Origin: Camelus ferus
Lineage: Eukaryota
Assembly: GCF_009834535.1 (NCBI RefSeq)
Contig: NC_045715.1
Location: 22,072,001-22,136,000, forward strand
Direction of reading: 5' to 3'
DNA length: 64,000 bases
The number at the start of each line of letters is the position of its first letter. Position 1 is the first letter of the stretch. The notes beneath the pieces are model-generated. The model searched no databases, had not been told where the DNA came from, and saw only the letters and a list, made by a program, of their open reading frames with translations. Of this stretch, positions 42,153-55,599 are shown one piece after another. A program made the position numbers and the translations under genes.

Positions 42153-45100
42153 ATGGAGCCGCAGGTGAGTAGGGGCCGGCGCGGGGACGACAGCTGGCCG
42201 CTGCCGATGCAGACGTGCTGATGAGCTCCCGAATCCCGGAGGGTCAAGATCCAAGCACCCTCACAAGGTTGACGAGGATGAGGAATGGAGAGTGGAGAAG
42301 GCAGGGAGCAGTCCCAGGAGGTCAGAGGGCAAGTCTACCTGCCTTCCCTCAGCATCCTAGAGTACCCTGCGCCCTTGCTCACTTTCGTGTTTCCAGGATT
42401 TTCCATTTCGAATTCTCAGGCTTGTCTGGACACATTCCCATCTGTCCATTCCTACGTATTATTGCAGTGTGTTATTGAGAAGGGTGAGGTCTGAGATGAC
42501 CTGTACCTCTGGGGAAATGGTGCTGAGGCCGTGTCCCTGCTGACGTCCTTTTGTGTCACCTCTTTACTGCCGCTTTGAGGCGTAGGAAGGGGAGAGAGAG
42601 AGTGATGTGTCCTGAAGTACTCCTCATTCTCTCTCCTTCCCCAGGTTTTGTAGAGATCTCTGCTCAGTGGAACTGGATAACTTAGTTTCTTCTCTTATCA
42701 GCGCCCTTCTGCACCGCACAACCACCTGCAGCCTCCCCTCTCCAGTGGAGAGAGCTGTGTTTGTGACAGTGAGAATGGATTGACTTCTGGTGTCAGAAAA
42801 GGGCTCCTCCATGAATCCTCTGTTTACTAGTATTTCCCATTCAGATTTATCCAAAGTCAAGTTTCAACTTGAAGAGATACTTTGTATCCTGCCAGCCAGA
42901 GGGCGGAGCAGTGTGATGCGACAGTGAAAAATAATAGAAGCCTTCTCATATCTATTCATCATCAACTATTTACTGGGCACTATGACTATGTGCTTGAGGC
43001 GCAGCAGTGAACAGGCAGAGATCTCTGTCATGGAGCTGACATTCTATTGGAAGGCAGACATATGTGATAAGTAAATTATATGATGCTGTTACGAAGGTGA
43101 TAAGTGCTATGGAGAAAAGGCAAAAATTGGGCAGATTAAGAGGGGGAGGGGAGGCCAACTGGCAGGTTGGTTAGACGGTTAAGTAGGGTGGTTTTAGTAA
43201 GCTCCATTAAGAATGAAGTGAGGTGGAAATGGAATGGAGTGGGAAGTTGTGGGAAGGGAAGTCAGGTAACCGAGATGGGAGGTTGTTGATCCCATTGCTT
43301 CTTGCTGTTGTGAGGACTTTGACTTTTACTCCCAGTGAGATGAGGAATCATTGGATGGTTTCAAGCAAAGAGAGACAAGATCTGTCTTAACGTTTTAAGA
43401 AGACCACTCTAGCAGCTACTCTAGACTATAAGGGAGCAAGGATAGAAACAAGGAGGCCTATTAGGAGTGGGGCAGTTTTTCTCAACTTTCACATTATTGG
43501 TATTGTATTGTTGGGGGCTGTCCTGTACATTGTGTGATGTTTAGCAGCACTCCTGGCTTTTACCCACTAGATGCCAGTAACAACCCATACCTAATCATGA
43601 ACATCAAAATGTCTCCAGAGTAAAGTCATCCCTAGTTGAGAACCAGTGGAGTATGGTAATCTAGGTGAGAGATGATGGTGACTTGGATCATGGTAGTAGC
43701 AGTGGAAGTAGTAACAGGTGGTCAGATTCTCGATAGATTTGGAAGATAGAGTCAGCCACGTTTGCTGATGTTAGGTGTCATATGTAAGGGAATGAGAGGA
43801 CTCTGAGTGTTTAGCTTGAGCTACTGAAAGATGGAATTATATCAACTGAGATGGAGAAAGCTGCAAGTAGAGGAAATTTGAAGGAGGGTTGGACATCAGG
43901 AGGTCAGATTGGATGTGTTAAGTTTGACGTACCAATTAGATTTCCAGGTGGAGACATTGGGAAGGCAGTTCCATATGAGTTTCTGGGCAAGGTCTGGGCT
44001 GGAGATAGACATTTGGGAGTTGTCAGCATATGAGGGTATCTAAAGCCATGGGAATGGACTATGTGTAGATAGAGAATAGAGAGACCACCATGAAAGTTTG
44101 GAGAGATGAAGAGGATCTACCAGTGAGGTAGGAAAGCCAAGAGGGGATGGTCTCTCAGAAGCTAAATGAAGAGAGTATATTTAGGAAGAGAAGTGAACAG
44201 TTTTATCAAATGCTGCTGAGGGGTCAAGAAACACAAAGATGAAGAACTGATTTAGCAACACAGGGTTACTTGTAACCTCGAGAGCAGTTTGGGTGGAATG
44301 GTGGGAGTGAAAGCCTGATTGGGACAGGTTTAGGAGAGAAAAACGCTTTTAGGTTGGAAGCAATAATAGCACATGTTGTATGCTGATTGGAGTGATCCAG
44401 GAGAATGTGAAAGTGATGGTGTAGAGGAGAGAAGAAAGGATTGCTGGAACTCTGTTCCTGAGTAGGTGAGAGGTGTGATGCGAATGTGGAGGGGTTGCCT
44501 TAGCAACAGGGCAACCATCTCTAATCCTGGGAAGTGGGTATTTCCAGGAGGGGTTCAATGAAAAGCTGTTTTTATAGAAGGTTAAGTGCTTATGCTTATT
44601 GTGGAAAGTTGGGAGCCATCATGTCTAGCTTTATAGAGCGGAGAAAAATAAATACTGCACTCCATGGAGTTGTCCTGAATTAACAAACCTTTGAACACAT
44701 TTTCTGAACCCACACAAATCCCAGGGAGATACATCTTTAGTAGACCCACTATGATAGTGTAGAGAGAACGAAGGGCACAGTTTATTTTAAAATTCAGTGG
44801 GTTTTTTTCCCCTCTGTTTTATTTAATGGGGGGGAGGTTAGATTTGTTTGTTTGTTTATTTTAATGAAAGTATTGAGGATTGAACCCAGGACCTCATGCA
44901 CGCTAAGCATGAGCTCTACCACTAAGCTAAATCTTCCCCCCCAAAATTCAGTGTTTGAAATCCTTAAAGAAAAATTGGGGTTTCATACTAGATTTGATTC
45001 AACTGAATTAAAATAAGCATTCTTTGTACATATTTCTGCAGGTGGCAGGAAAAAGAATGCCACCTCCTTTTTTTTTTTTTTTCCTTTTTATTTGTATAGG

Positions 45101-48100
45101 AGCCAATGGTTTGGATGTATCAAAGTTCGAGTATTTCCCTGCTGGTAGACATCTAATTTCATTTCTTTAAAAATGTATTAAGTCCTGCTGTGTAGCTGAC
45201 ATTGTACCAGGCACTCTGGTTATATATAGTTGTGTACAAAACAGATATGTTCTTGTGATGCTAATAGTCTAACGTAAGGAAAAGCAATAAACCAACAAAA
45301 TTTAAAAAACCAAGATATCATAATGTTTCAGAGTTTTCTCTATAGTGATGCTCTGTGAACATCCTTGAATATATCTCTTTGTATCCCAGGTAGCTCAGCC
45401 TCACTTTCCCAAAGTTGAATTTAGTATTTCTTAAAAACTAGCCCTTCAGGTACTCTCAGATCTTTCCAGATTATTTCTTACAACTGCCTGTGAATCTGCA
45501 ATGATTTTAAAATGAAAAGTTTAATTAAAAAACAAAAGACAACAAACCCAGGTTTTCTGCCTGTGATCTTGGCTAATGGCACCATGGCAGGCACCTTGGA
45601 GTCAGCCTGGACTCCTCCATCTCCCTCACTGCCTGCGCTCTACCTCCCTCCCCTAATCCAGCTCCCTGTTAGGTCAGTACTTGGTTTCAGTAATCCAGCC
45701 CCTCTGCTAGCTCCCCACTGCCCGGAAGTCTCTTTGATGGATTTCTGCTTAGCCTTCAAACTCATAGAACATCCCTTCCCAGCTGAATTCCATGAGAATT
45801 AAACTCTAATATCCTAAGGCATCCTTTATATCTAGTGAATTAACTTCTCTCTTAGGCACCTAGAATAGTAAGATCTGTTTACATCCTTGGGAGAACTGAG
45901 AAAACAGATCATTTTCTGTGGAGCTTAATGCTTTTGTACCCCCAGCTTGGAAAGGCTGCCCTAGTAAGTAAGCTCTGAGAAGGCAGGGACTTTACATTTA
46001 TTACTCTTGCCCCAGGGCCTAGAACAGCGTCTGGTCCAGAGCAGTCATTCAACAAACCTAGTGCAATGAATCCTTGTTGAATGAATGAATGGATGGATGA
46101 AGGAAGGAAGGATGCCATCCCGCTGCCTGTGATAACCCTCATCTTTTATTTCCATTCAATCTTGCATTGCTAACAGTTCATTTTTTCAGTTCAAATCTAG
46201 TCATACTATTCTCCTGACTGAAAAAACATCAGGGTCCCTCTTGCCACCAATAAACCCCAGACTCTCTATCTCGGCATACTGACTGCCGCAGTCTTTTCCC
46301 TTCTGCCTGTGTTTTCATCTGTGTACATCCCTGTGTTCATTTGAACAGAATAATTTGTCATTCCTCGCATGCACCCCTCCTTGCTTTCTGCCTAAGCCCA
46401 TTAAGCCAACTCTTTCTCATCCTCAAGGTTCGGCCTAAAAGTACCTTTCAGAATTGTCCCTTGACAGTCTCCCTGTCCAAACTGGATGCCCACCCCCTCC
46501 TTTGGGATCCTTTTATGATAGCACTCAGTAAAGATTTAATTATCTCTTTAAATGCTTCTCTTCCTCTGCTGTCCCATGAGCATATTGAGGGCAGGGACAA
46601 CATCTGTTACTCCAGAATCCAGATCATTTTCTGGCATATCACAGGCACTTTGTAAATATTGAATGAATGAAGTAAACTGAATGGCAGAGTGAGACTGGCC
46701 TTGGCATTAAGTGTTACCTATAGTGAAAACCAGAAGTTGATTCCACACATGGGGCTTTCCTAATGGTGGAATAGGAATAGGGTGACCACTTGTCCTGGTT
46801 TGCATAGGCGTGAACTGGTTTTAGGACAAATACTTGTGTCCCAAGTATTTGGCAAACCAGAATGGTTGGTTACCCCAGGTAGGACTCACCATGGGGTGGA
46901 CATAGTCCCCAGGCACCGAACTGGGCTGCTTAGAGGAGCAGATCTTTCTTTCCCTCTGCCCCCACCTCATACCTATACTTAGGTGCTCTTGAAACTGGTC
47001 ATGGCTACTACCTTCTAGTCTTCTCCAGGCAAGTCAGCCTATGTACAGCTCATTATTATTATTCACAATAGGCTCTCTCATATATTTTTCACATGCCTGA
47101 TCAGAAACTGTACCTAGCTCTCCACATATGCAGGGCTAAAGCCTAAACTACCTCCTAGCTTGGCATCAGTGCCCTGCAAGGCAGTGTGGTCTAGAGGTTA
47201 AAAACATGGCCTCCAGTGGGAGGGATAAATTAGGAGTTTGGGATTAACAGATACATACTACTTTATAAAAGTAGATAACCAACAAGGTCTTACTGTGTAG
47301 CACAGGGAACTATATTCAGTATCTTGTAATAACCTATAATAATGGAAAAAATCTGAAAAAAGAATCTGATAATATAATATATGGAGAGTGAAAGAACTGA
47401 ATCACTTTTCTGTACACTGTAAACTAACACAACATTGTAAATCAACTAGACTTCAATTAAAAAACAAATACATAAACAAACATGGCCTCCAGAATGAGAC
47501 TGTCTAGATTCTAACCCTGACTCTGCCTTTCACTCAGCTGATGACCTCAGAAGAGCTATTTTACCCCTCAGTGCCTTCCTTCCCTCCTCTGCAAAATGAG
47601 GCTAATAATAGTAGCTCCTCAGGGGGCTGCTGTGAGGAGTAAGTACATGGATCCATATAAAGCATTTAAAACAGTGCCTAATAAATGTTACCTGCTCCTC
47701 CCACCCAGTCTTCAGCCTTGTGTATCTTCCAACTTTCTCTGTTGGTTTCCCAGCCATCCCATGTGCAGCTTAAGATTTTGCCTTCCACAAGGAGTGTTGC
47801 TTTTTCTCTGCTTGTTTCAGTACTACCGTTAAAGTTAGCTGAAGTCCAATATCTGTCTGGCTTTTCCCTTTGAGAATGCCCCCTCTTTTGTGTTCTTTCC
47901 CCCCTCTCTCCGTGGTTTTTGGCTGGCACATAATCTGTGAGCCCCAGTTGGTGGCACAAGAGGTTCTCAGTTGATGCTTGTTGGCAGCAATATTGAGAAT
48001 TAGGCTGTAGGGGGTGGGGGCAGGGGGCAAAAAAGGGAGTTCTTAGAACATTTGGGTCCCAGAGTATTGTCTTCAGGGTCTCTCTCTTCCCAGCAGAGGT

Positions 48101-51100
48101 CCCCCTTGCTGGAAGTGAAGGGGAACATAGAGCTGAAGAGACCCCTGGTGAAGGTGGCTTCCCGGCTGCCTCTCCCAGGAAGCAGGCGTAAGAGGGGGCC
48201 TGACCAGATGGAGGATGCCTTGGAGCCTGAGAAGGTGAGCTGTCTTTGGAAATCCGCACGCGCGTAGGCGGGTGTGTGTGTTTGTGTGCGTGTGTGTCTG
48301 TGTCTTTGTAAAACAATCAGGGAGGGTAACTGGATTCCAACCCACCCTTGTCTTTCCCCCAGAAAAGGACACGAGGCCTGGGCACAACAACCAAAATTGC
48401 CACGTCTCGCCCCAGAGCACCGGTCCTCACCACAGTGCCACCGACACAAGGCCAGACCGCAGGTGGGCTCCAGGGGTGGACAGAGGCCAAGGGCACAAAG
48501 GCCAGTTCTCTTTAATTCACTTTTTTCTTTTCTTTTCTTTCATTTTTAGCTTATTTTGAATAGGTAATACATTTCACTTGTTTAAAAATTCCAAAGGCAC
48601 TAAAGGTGTTATACAGTGAATAATCTCCCTCCTGCCCGTGTACTCGAGCCACCCAGCTTCCCTCCCCAGGGGCAACTCTGTGTCCTTCCAGGGATAGTCT
48701 ACGGGTATTCCAGCAGTTATGGGCATGTTCCCCAACATTTTTTACACAAATGGCAGCATCCTTTACACATGATTTTTCCCCCTCCTGCTCTTCTTGCTTA
48801 TCTTGGTCCAGCTTGTCTCTTGGCATGTTGGTCCTAGGAAGGATATCTCTAGAGTTATTCCAACTCAGGGGAAGAGGGAAGTTACCTTATTTCTAATCTT
48901 CTGAAAAAGCAACCCCTCTGCCGCTGGCCCAGCCAGAGTACGTGCCACCCTGAGAATCACGACTCTGCTTTTCTTCTCTCCCATCTCCTGGCAGCTCCAA
49001 AAGTTCCCAAAAAGACAGGACCCCGATGTTCCACAGCTGTTGCCACAGGTAACGGTGCTTAAGAGCTGGGGCTGAGATGGGATCTTGTGTAATGCATGTC
49101 TGTGTGGAAAGGGAGAATGATGGGAGTGGAGGGACACTGGTGCTGTAATTCTGTATGTTGCCTCCCATTTCTCTAGTGTTGAAGAATCAGAAGCCAGGCC
49201 CTGCTGTTCCTGCCCAGAAGCCTGGCAGTAAGTGACAAATATAATCATTGGGTGAGAGGCTGGGATAGGGAAGAGGAGATGGTGAGTACCCAGAAAAATC
49301 CTTCTGGTCTCTTCCCTGTCTGGAGGGGAAGGAGATGTAGCCTTAGGTGTGGAGCCCTGAAAAGCTAGGAGAGAGGAGAGGTAGAAGGCCAGGACTTCCT
49401 GACCTTTGTCTCTTCTGTGCCCATCTTAGCAGCAGCTGCTCCTCCAATGGTGGGAGGGAAGAAGCCCGGCAAACGTCCAGCCTGGGACTTAAAGGGTCAG
49501 TTATGTGACCTAAACGCAGAGCTGAAGTGCTGCCGTGAGAGGACTCAGATGCTGGCCCAGGAAAACCAACAGCTGCGAGACCAGCTCAGGGAGGCCCAGC
49601 AACAGGCCACGGCCCTGGGGGCAGAGCGGAGGGTGCTGGAAGAGGAGTTGGTCAGGGTCCGGACCCAGGCCGAGCAGGGCCAGCAGGAGCTGGGGAACCT
49701 GAGTGCCCGTGTCCTAGAGCTAGAAGAGCGGCTGGGCACGCAGGAGGGCCTAGTGCAGGAGCTCCAGAAAGAACAGTTGGGATTGCAGGAGGAGCGGAGA
49801 GGCCTGGCTGCCCGGCTGGAAGAGCAGGAGGTAAGGGCCAGATTTTCACCTAACGCTGACCCTTCTTTCTAGGTTACCCTGAAGTCACTTTGGGCTCAGA
49901 ATCTCTGACCATGTCTCTCCAGCAGTACACGGCTGTCCTCTACCCTTCTCCACCCCAGCCCGCTCCTGATTCTGTCGTGCTTTCTGTCCCACTTCACCCT
50001 GTCCTGGCTGTTTTCATTGCTCTCCCTGGATCTATGTCTCCTCTGTTTCTCCATCACCCTCTCTTTCTTTCTGTCTTTCCTGATCAGAAATCCTCATGCA
50101 TTCTCTCTCCCTCTTCTCACCCACTTGACTCCTCGGTGAGCACCAACTAGATTGAGTTACTTGCAGTCTCTCAAATGACTCAGTTCTCCATGCAGCATTT
50201 TGCAGATGCGCTTCCTTCTTTGTGGGATATTCTTGCTCTGCTCCATCCTTCCCTTGGTGTGTCACTCCCGTACTTTCAGTTGTCAGCCTAGGTATCATAT
50301 TCCTCGTGCCCCTTCTGGATATTCCCATAGCATTCCTCTTCTAGTACCATCATTCTGGTTTTTTTGTGTCCTCCTTTATCAGACTGTGAAGTCCTTGGGG
50401 GCAGGGACCAGCCTGATTCCCACCCCTATCCCATCATGACTTGTTCTTATTCTTGATTGCATCTCACCCTCTGCATCTGTTCTGTTCTGGGCAGAGGAGG
50501 CTGCAGGGATCAGAGGCGGCTCTGTTGGGCAGCCAAGCAGAGGTGGCATCTCTGCAGCAGAAGACTGCAGCCCAGGAGGCCTTACTGGCTGAGCGGGACG
50601 AACGTCTCCATGGGCTAGAGATGGAGCGCCGACGGCTACACAACCAACTACAGGAGCTCAAAGGCAACATCCGTGTATTCTGCCGGGTCCGCCCTGTCCT
50701 TCCAGGGGAGTCCACCCCACCCCCTGGCTTCCTCCTGTTTCCTCCTGGCCCTGGCGGGCCATCTGATCCTCCAACGCGACTCAGCCTCTCCCGGTCTGAT
50801 GAGCGGCGTGGGACCCTGAGTGGGGCACCAGCCCCCACCACCCGCCATGACTTCTCTTTTGACCGGGTATTCCCACCAGGGAGTGGACAGGACGAAGTGT
50901 TTGAGGAGATTTCCATGCTGGTCCAGTCAGCCCTGGATGGCTACCCAGTATGCATCTTTGCCTATGGCCAGACAGGCAGTGGCAAGACCTTCACCATGGA
51001 GGGTGGGCCTGGGGGAGACACCCAAATGGAGGGGCTCATCCCTCGGGCCCTGCGGCATCTCTTCTCTGTGGCCCAGGAGCTGAGTGGCCAGGGCTGGACC

Positions 51101-54100
51101 TACAGCTTTGTGGCAAGTTACGTAGAGATCTACAATGAGACTGTTCGAGACCTGCTGGCCACCGGGACCCGGAAGGGCCAGGCGGGTGAGTGCGAGATTC
51201 GCCGGGCAGGGCCGGGGAGTGAGGAGCTCACTGTCACCAACGCCCGATATGTTCCTGTCTCTTGTGAGAAAGAGGTAAGCACTGAGGGGCACTAGGCCTG
51301 GAAAATGAGGAGACGTGGGCAGGGTGACACAAGATGGAGGTGGACAGAGAAGGGAGCAGGAGAGAGTTGAAGGATGAGGTGCTACGTTCAGTTTGGGCTG
51401 GTGGCCAGTGAGGTGCACCTGCCTTAATAGGACCAAGGAACCAAGGAGAGAAGTGATGCTTCTGCTGAAGCGGATGCCACTAACCTCCTGCCTGTTGATC
51501 TCAGGTCTCACTTCCCACCACTCTCCTTACTGCTCCTCAGCCATGCTAGCCTCCTGACTGTTCCTCAGCTCACTAGTCACACTCTCGGGTCAGGGCCTTT
51601 GCACTTGCTATCTCTTTTGCCTGAATGTTCCTCTCCTGGAATGGCTTGCTCCCTCGCTGCCTTAAGATTTTAAGGCACTGAGGCCATCTCTGGCCATCCT
51701 ATCTGAAATTACAACCCTTACCCCATCCTCACACACTCTGATTTTTCTGTTTTATTTTCCTCCTTAATTCTCTTAGACATATTATGCATTTTACTTATTT
51801 ATTTTGTCTTTCGCTGGCTAGAAAGGAAGCTCCAACAGAGCAGGTGCTGAGTCTTACCCATTGCATACCTGACATCGCTATGTACTGACTTCCTGCCCGC
51901 CTTTGCTTCTTGCTGCTCCCCATCCCCAGGTGGAGGCCCTGCTCCATCTGGCCCACCAAAACCGGGCTGTAGCCCGCACAGCCCAGAACGAGCGGTCATC
52001 ACGCAGTCACAGCGTGTTCCAGCTGCAGATCTCTGGGGAACACACTGGACGAGGCCTGCAGTGCGGTGCACCCCTCAGTCTTGTGGACCTGGCTGGGAGC
52101 GAGCGGCTAGACCCCGGCTTAGCCCTCGGTCCTGGGGAGCGGGAGCGCCTTCGGGAAACACAGGCCATTAACAGCAGCCTGTCCACCCTGGGGCTGGTCA
52201 TCATGGCCTTGAGCAACAAGGTAGGAATGGGGTGGGGACAGATGGAACCTGGGGAGAGGTTGGGGCTGGCCATGCTGAATCCTGCCCTGTCGTAATCACC
52301 TGTCCCCCCAACCCTCTAGGAGTCCCACGTGCCTTACCGGAACAGCAAGCTTACCTACCTGTTGCAGAACTCTCTGGGTGGCAGCGCGAAGATGTGAGTG
52401 GAAGGGGTCAGGTGGGAAATACGGTTAAAGGTGGGAAAGGGGAAACAGTGGAGACCAGGTCCCAGCTCTGCCCGGTCACTGATGCTGGGGCCTGGCCCCT
52501 CTCTCTCTCCACAGGCTCATGTTTGTGAACATTTCTCCCCTAGAAGAGAACGTCTCTGAGTCCCTCAACTCCCTACGCTTTGCCTCCAAGGTGCGGTCAC
52601 TACCAATCCCAGCCTTGTCAGGCCTCCTGGTGGTTGTAGGCTTCTCCATCCTGACTCTCTGTCCTTCAGGCCAGGGGGGACATTCATCCAGAAAGGATTT
52701 ACATTTGCCAGGCATCTGGAGCACTACCTACTTGGATCCTTTTTTTTTTTTTTTTAATTATTGGCTTTTGGGTATTTTAAAATAAGTATTTAAAAATAGG
52801 TAGTTGAAAAGTTAAAACTATATAGAAAGCGAAACACAACAAATGAGGTGTTTTTTTTTTAATTTTTTTTAAGGGGGGAGGAAATTAAGTTTATTTATTT
52901 ATTTATATATTTTTAAATCAAGATACTGGGGATTGAACCCAAGACGTTATGAATGCTAAGCACGCCTTCTACCACTGAGCTATACCCTCCCCCACCCCCA
53001 ACAAATGAAGTTTTACCATAGCCCCTGATCTACCCCATTCTCCCCACCTGCCCTAGTAGAGGTAGTCATTTTTATCATTTATCATTCTGCTTATCCTTCC
53101 AGTGTTTCTTTTTGCAAATACAAGCAATATGCATGTGCTTTTCCCTCCTTATATAAGACACCTCTCCCCCTCTCTCTTTCATATATATGTTGTCCTACAC
53201 CTTTTTTTTTCCTTTTTTTTTTTTTGTTTTTTTGATTAACAAGACAGCCCCAGGATTGCTTGCCACCAGCACATGGAGATCATCCCATTATTTTTACATC
53301 TGGCTGGGACTCCACTGAGTGGATGCACCAAAGTTTATCCACCAGTTCCCTCTACTGGACACTTGGATTTTTTCTACCCTTTTTCTATTACAAACAAGGC
53401 CATGTTGACCAACCCTGTATATATGTCATTTTGAATTTTTTTTTTTTTTTTTAGTTATATCTAACTGTCTAGGGAGAGATTCTTAAATGGGATTCCTGAA
53501 TCAAAGACAGGTTTTTCAGACTACTCCAAATAGTGTGAATTCAGGCTCCAGTCCCCACAAGGGTCAACTGTGTCCATGGCCTTTAATTCTCTAGGAGACT
53601 CAAGCTCCCTCCACTATAGTTAAGTCAGGAAGTTTCTTTACTGTCTGCCTCTGGAGGGTGATTTTTTTTCTCCCATTTTTCATTAGCCCTACGGTGGGTT
53701 CTGGCTTTATTCAGGGTCTCTGATCAGGCATGCCCTTCTGCTGCACTCTTGCCACCATGGAAGTCATCAGCCACCTTAGCACCCTGCCCTGGTCTACTTT
53801 AGTCAGGATTTCCCTTGCTATCTTGTAAGTTCAATTAAATTTCAATTAAAATTCTATCAACATCATTAACACTCAACAACATGAACTTTTTAATGTCCTC
53901 TGATACCCAGTTTATGTTAAATTTCCTAGTCGTCTTAGAAATGTCTTTTATACGTTAGGTTTGTTCCAGTCAGGATCAAAGCAAGGGCCACTTATTCCAC
54001 TTGGCTGAAATTGTCTCTTAAGTTTCTTTTAATCTATAATAACCTCACCCCCTTTTATAGCATTTATTTGTTGCAGTAGGGTCATTTGTCCTATGGCACA

Positions 54101-55359
54101 TACCATATTCTAGATTTGGGCTGGTTGCTTCCTCTTTCCTCCACAGTTCTTGTTATCTGGTAGTTAGATTTAGACATTTGATTTGAATTGGGTTCAAATT
54201 TCTTTGGCAAGAAAACTTAGACGGTGTGATATACTTTCTAATGCATCATATCAGGAGGCACCTTATATCTAGTTGTTCCATTAATGATGTGAAAATTGAT
54301 CATCAGATTTGGGTATTGTCAGCCTGATCTATCTATTTAAAAACTATCAACTTTTTCTCCTAGTGATTTTATCACACAATGATATCTAGATCGATTATTG
54401 GGGAATTTTACTCTGTTTGTTTGTTTGGGTGAGGAGAGGGGAAGGTAATTAGGTTTACTTATTTATTTTTAGAGGAGATACTGGGGGTGAACCCAGGGCC
54501 TTGTGTATGCTAAGCATGTGCTCTACTACTTGAGCTATACCCTCCCCACTATTACTGGGGAGTTTTTAAATGATGGTTTTCTGGTTTTCTCAGTTGTTCT
54601 ACACTTATTAGTTATGATTCTTCTATAAAGAACTTCCATTGCCATCTATTTGGTTATTCTGAAATTCAGTTCATATAGGTAAGATAGGGTAAATGCTAGA
54701 TTCTTTGTCAGTTTTCAGTATTATAAATTGATATCCTGGCAACTTCCAAAGGTAAACAGTGAGGTTTTATCTGGGAGGTAACATTTTACAGATAACTGTA
54801 TTTTTGGTATATAACCTTTGCAGTCATTATTCTTTCTGATACTCAAATTGCCCATTTTTGACCAGTGGAAGCTCCAGCTTGGCTCCTGTGTCCTTTGGAC
54901 AGGTCCCCAGTAGTCTTTACTTCAGATCCATCTTGTACATTTCCTGCCTTAGACTTGGAATTATTAATTCTCCAAAGAGCCTTGGTTCCTAAATGAGTGT
55001 TACTTGTTTTATCTAGCTTATTAAAACCATTAGTGGTGGGAGGGCTTTGGAGTCTCTAGTTAACTGTACTGCTAGAAACGGAAGCTCCTCTCTCTGCTCC
55101 ATCCCTTCTCAGGCTTTTTCCCCTCTTCCATACCTAGTATGCCTCCTGGGCATGGGAGACCTCTGAGACCAGACTGAACCTGCTTTTAGAGGCCCTTTTT
55201 CAGGATTGTCTGAGGGCAGCCCTGTTATTGGGAGTTGGGAAGTGATTCTGGGAAAACTGTTTCGGTTACTCCGAAAACCTTTTAATCCTGTCTATCTAAA
55301 CCCCCTGTCTGCAGGTGAACCAGTGTGTTATTGGTACTGCCCAGGCGAACAGGAAATGA
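42153..55359 (+). CDS. KIFC1: Kinesin-14 motor KIFC1 (HSET), 673 aa, 11 exons
   Basis: Exons 42153-42164, 48097-48234, 48363-48462, 48995-49048, 49177-49227, 49430-49830, 50495-51274, 51930-52220, 52320-52393, 52515-52590, 55315-55359 (2022 nt). C-terminal motor with ELKGNIRVFCRVRP neck, GQTGSGKT P-loop, NERSSRSH switch I, DLAGSE switch II. Confidence 0.98.
42955..44350 (-). mobile_element. L2 LINE fragment in KIFC1 intron 1
   Basis: ATTCATCATCAACTATTTACTGGGCAC...GCAGTGAACAGGCAGA...CATGGAGCTGACATTCTA and continuing purine-rich antisense L2 text. Confidence 0.8.
43473..43648. mobile_element. MER20 (hAT-Charlie) nested in L2
   Basis: GGGGGCTGTCCTGTACATTGTGTGATGTTTAGCAGCACTCCTGGC...ACCCACTAGATGCCAGTA...GTTGAGAACCAGTG. 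Confidence 0.85.
44800..44942 (-). mobile_element. tRNA-Ala-derived SINE
   Basis: TSD AAAATTCAGTG on both sides; reverse tRNA-like body plus tail. Confidence 0.9.
47217..47477 (+). mobile_element. 5'-truncated L1 3' end inserted into a MIR
   Basis: Perfect 15-bp TSD AAACATGGCCTCCAG (47202-47216, 47478-47492); MIR continues to about 47690. Confidence 0.9.
52848..52998 (-). mobile_element. tRNA-Ala-derived SINE
   Basis: Reverse body plus tail; TSD about CAACAAATGA(G/A)G. Confidence 0.88.
54410..54549 (-). mobile_element. tRNA-Ala-derived SINE within an old L1 fragment
   Basis: GGTAATTAGGTTTA tail motif; TSD about ATTA(T/C)TGGGGA(A/G)TTTT. Confidence 0.88.
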
Positions 55360-55457
55360 AGACGGAGCTAGATCCTCTGTGTGTGTGTGTGGGCGCGAGG
55401 AAGGGGGGCTGGTGGGGTGTTCTTTATTGTGGGGTGCTGTGGTATCTGGGCCTATTA

Positions 55458-55495
55458 AATAAAGAAGAGTTTTTTTGGTCATTTTTTTAAATAAA
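55458..55495 (+). terminator. KIFC1 polyadenylation signals (2x AATAAA)
   Basis: AATAAA near 55458 and at 55490-55495, 100-135 nt past the stop. Confidence 0.8.
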
Positions 55496-55599
55496 GGTTT
55501 TATTAGCGGTTGCCCAGTAAGGGAAATACTTTTCATATCTGTAAAGATGGGAACTGTCGATCATCCATTCTGCCAAACATTTGTGTTTCGCGGGGCCAG

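Noticed and set aside
50464-51511. 150-aa and 194-aa minus-strand ORFs
   Set aside because: Antisense shadows of the KIFC1 motor exon.
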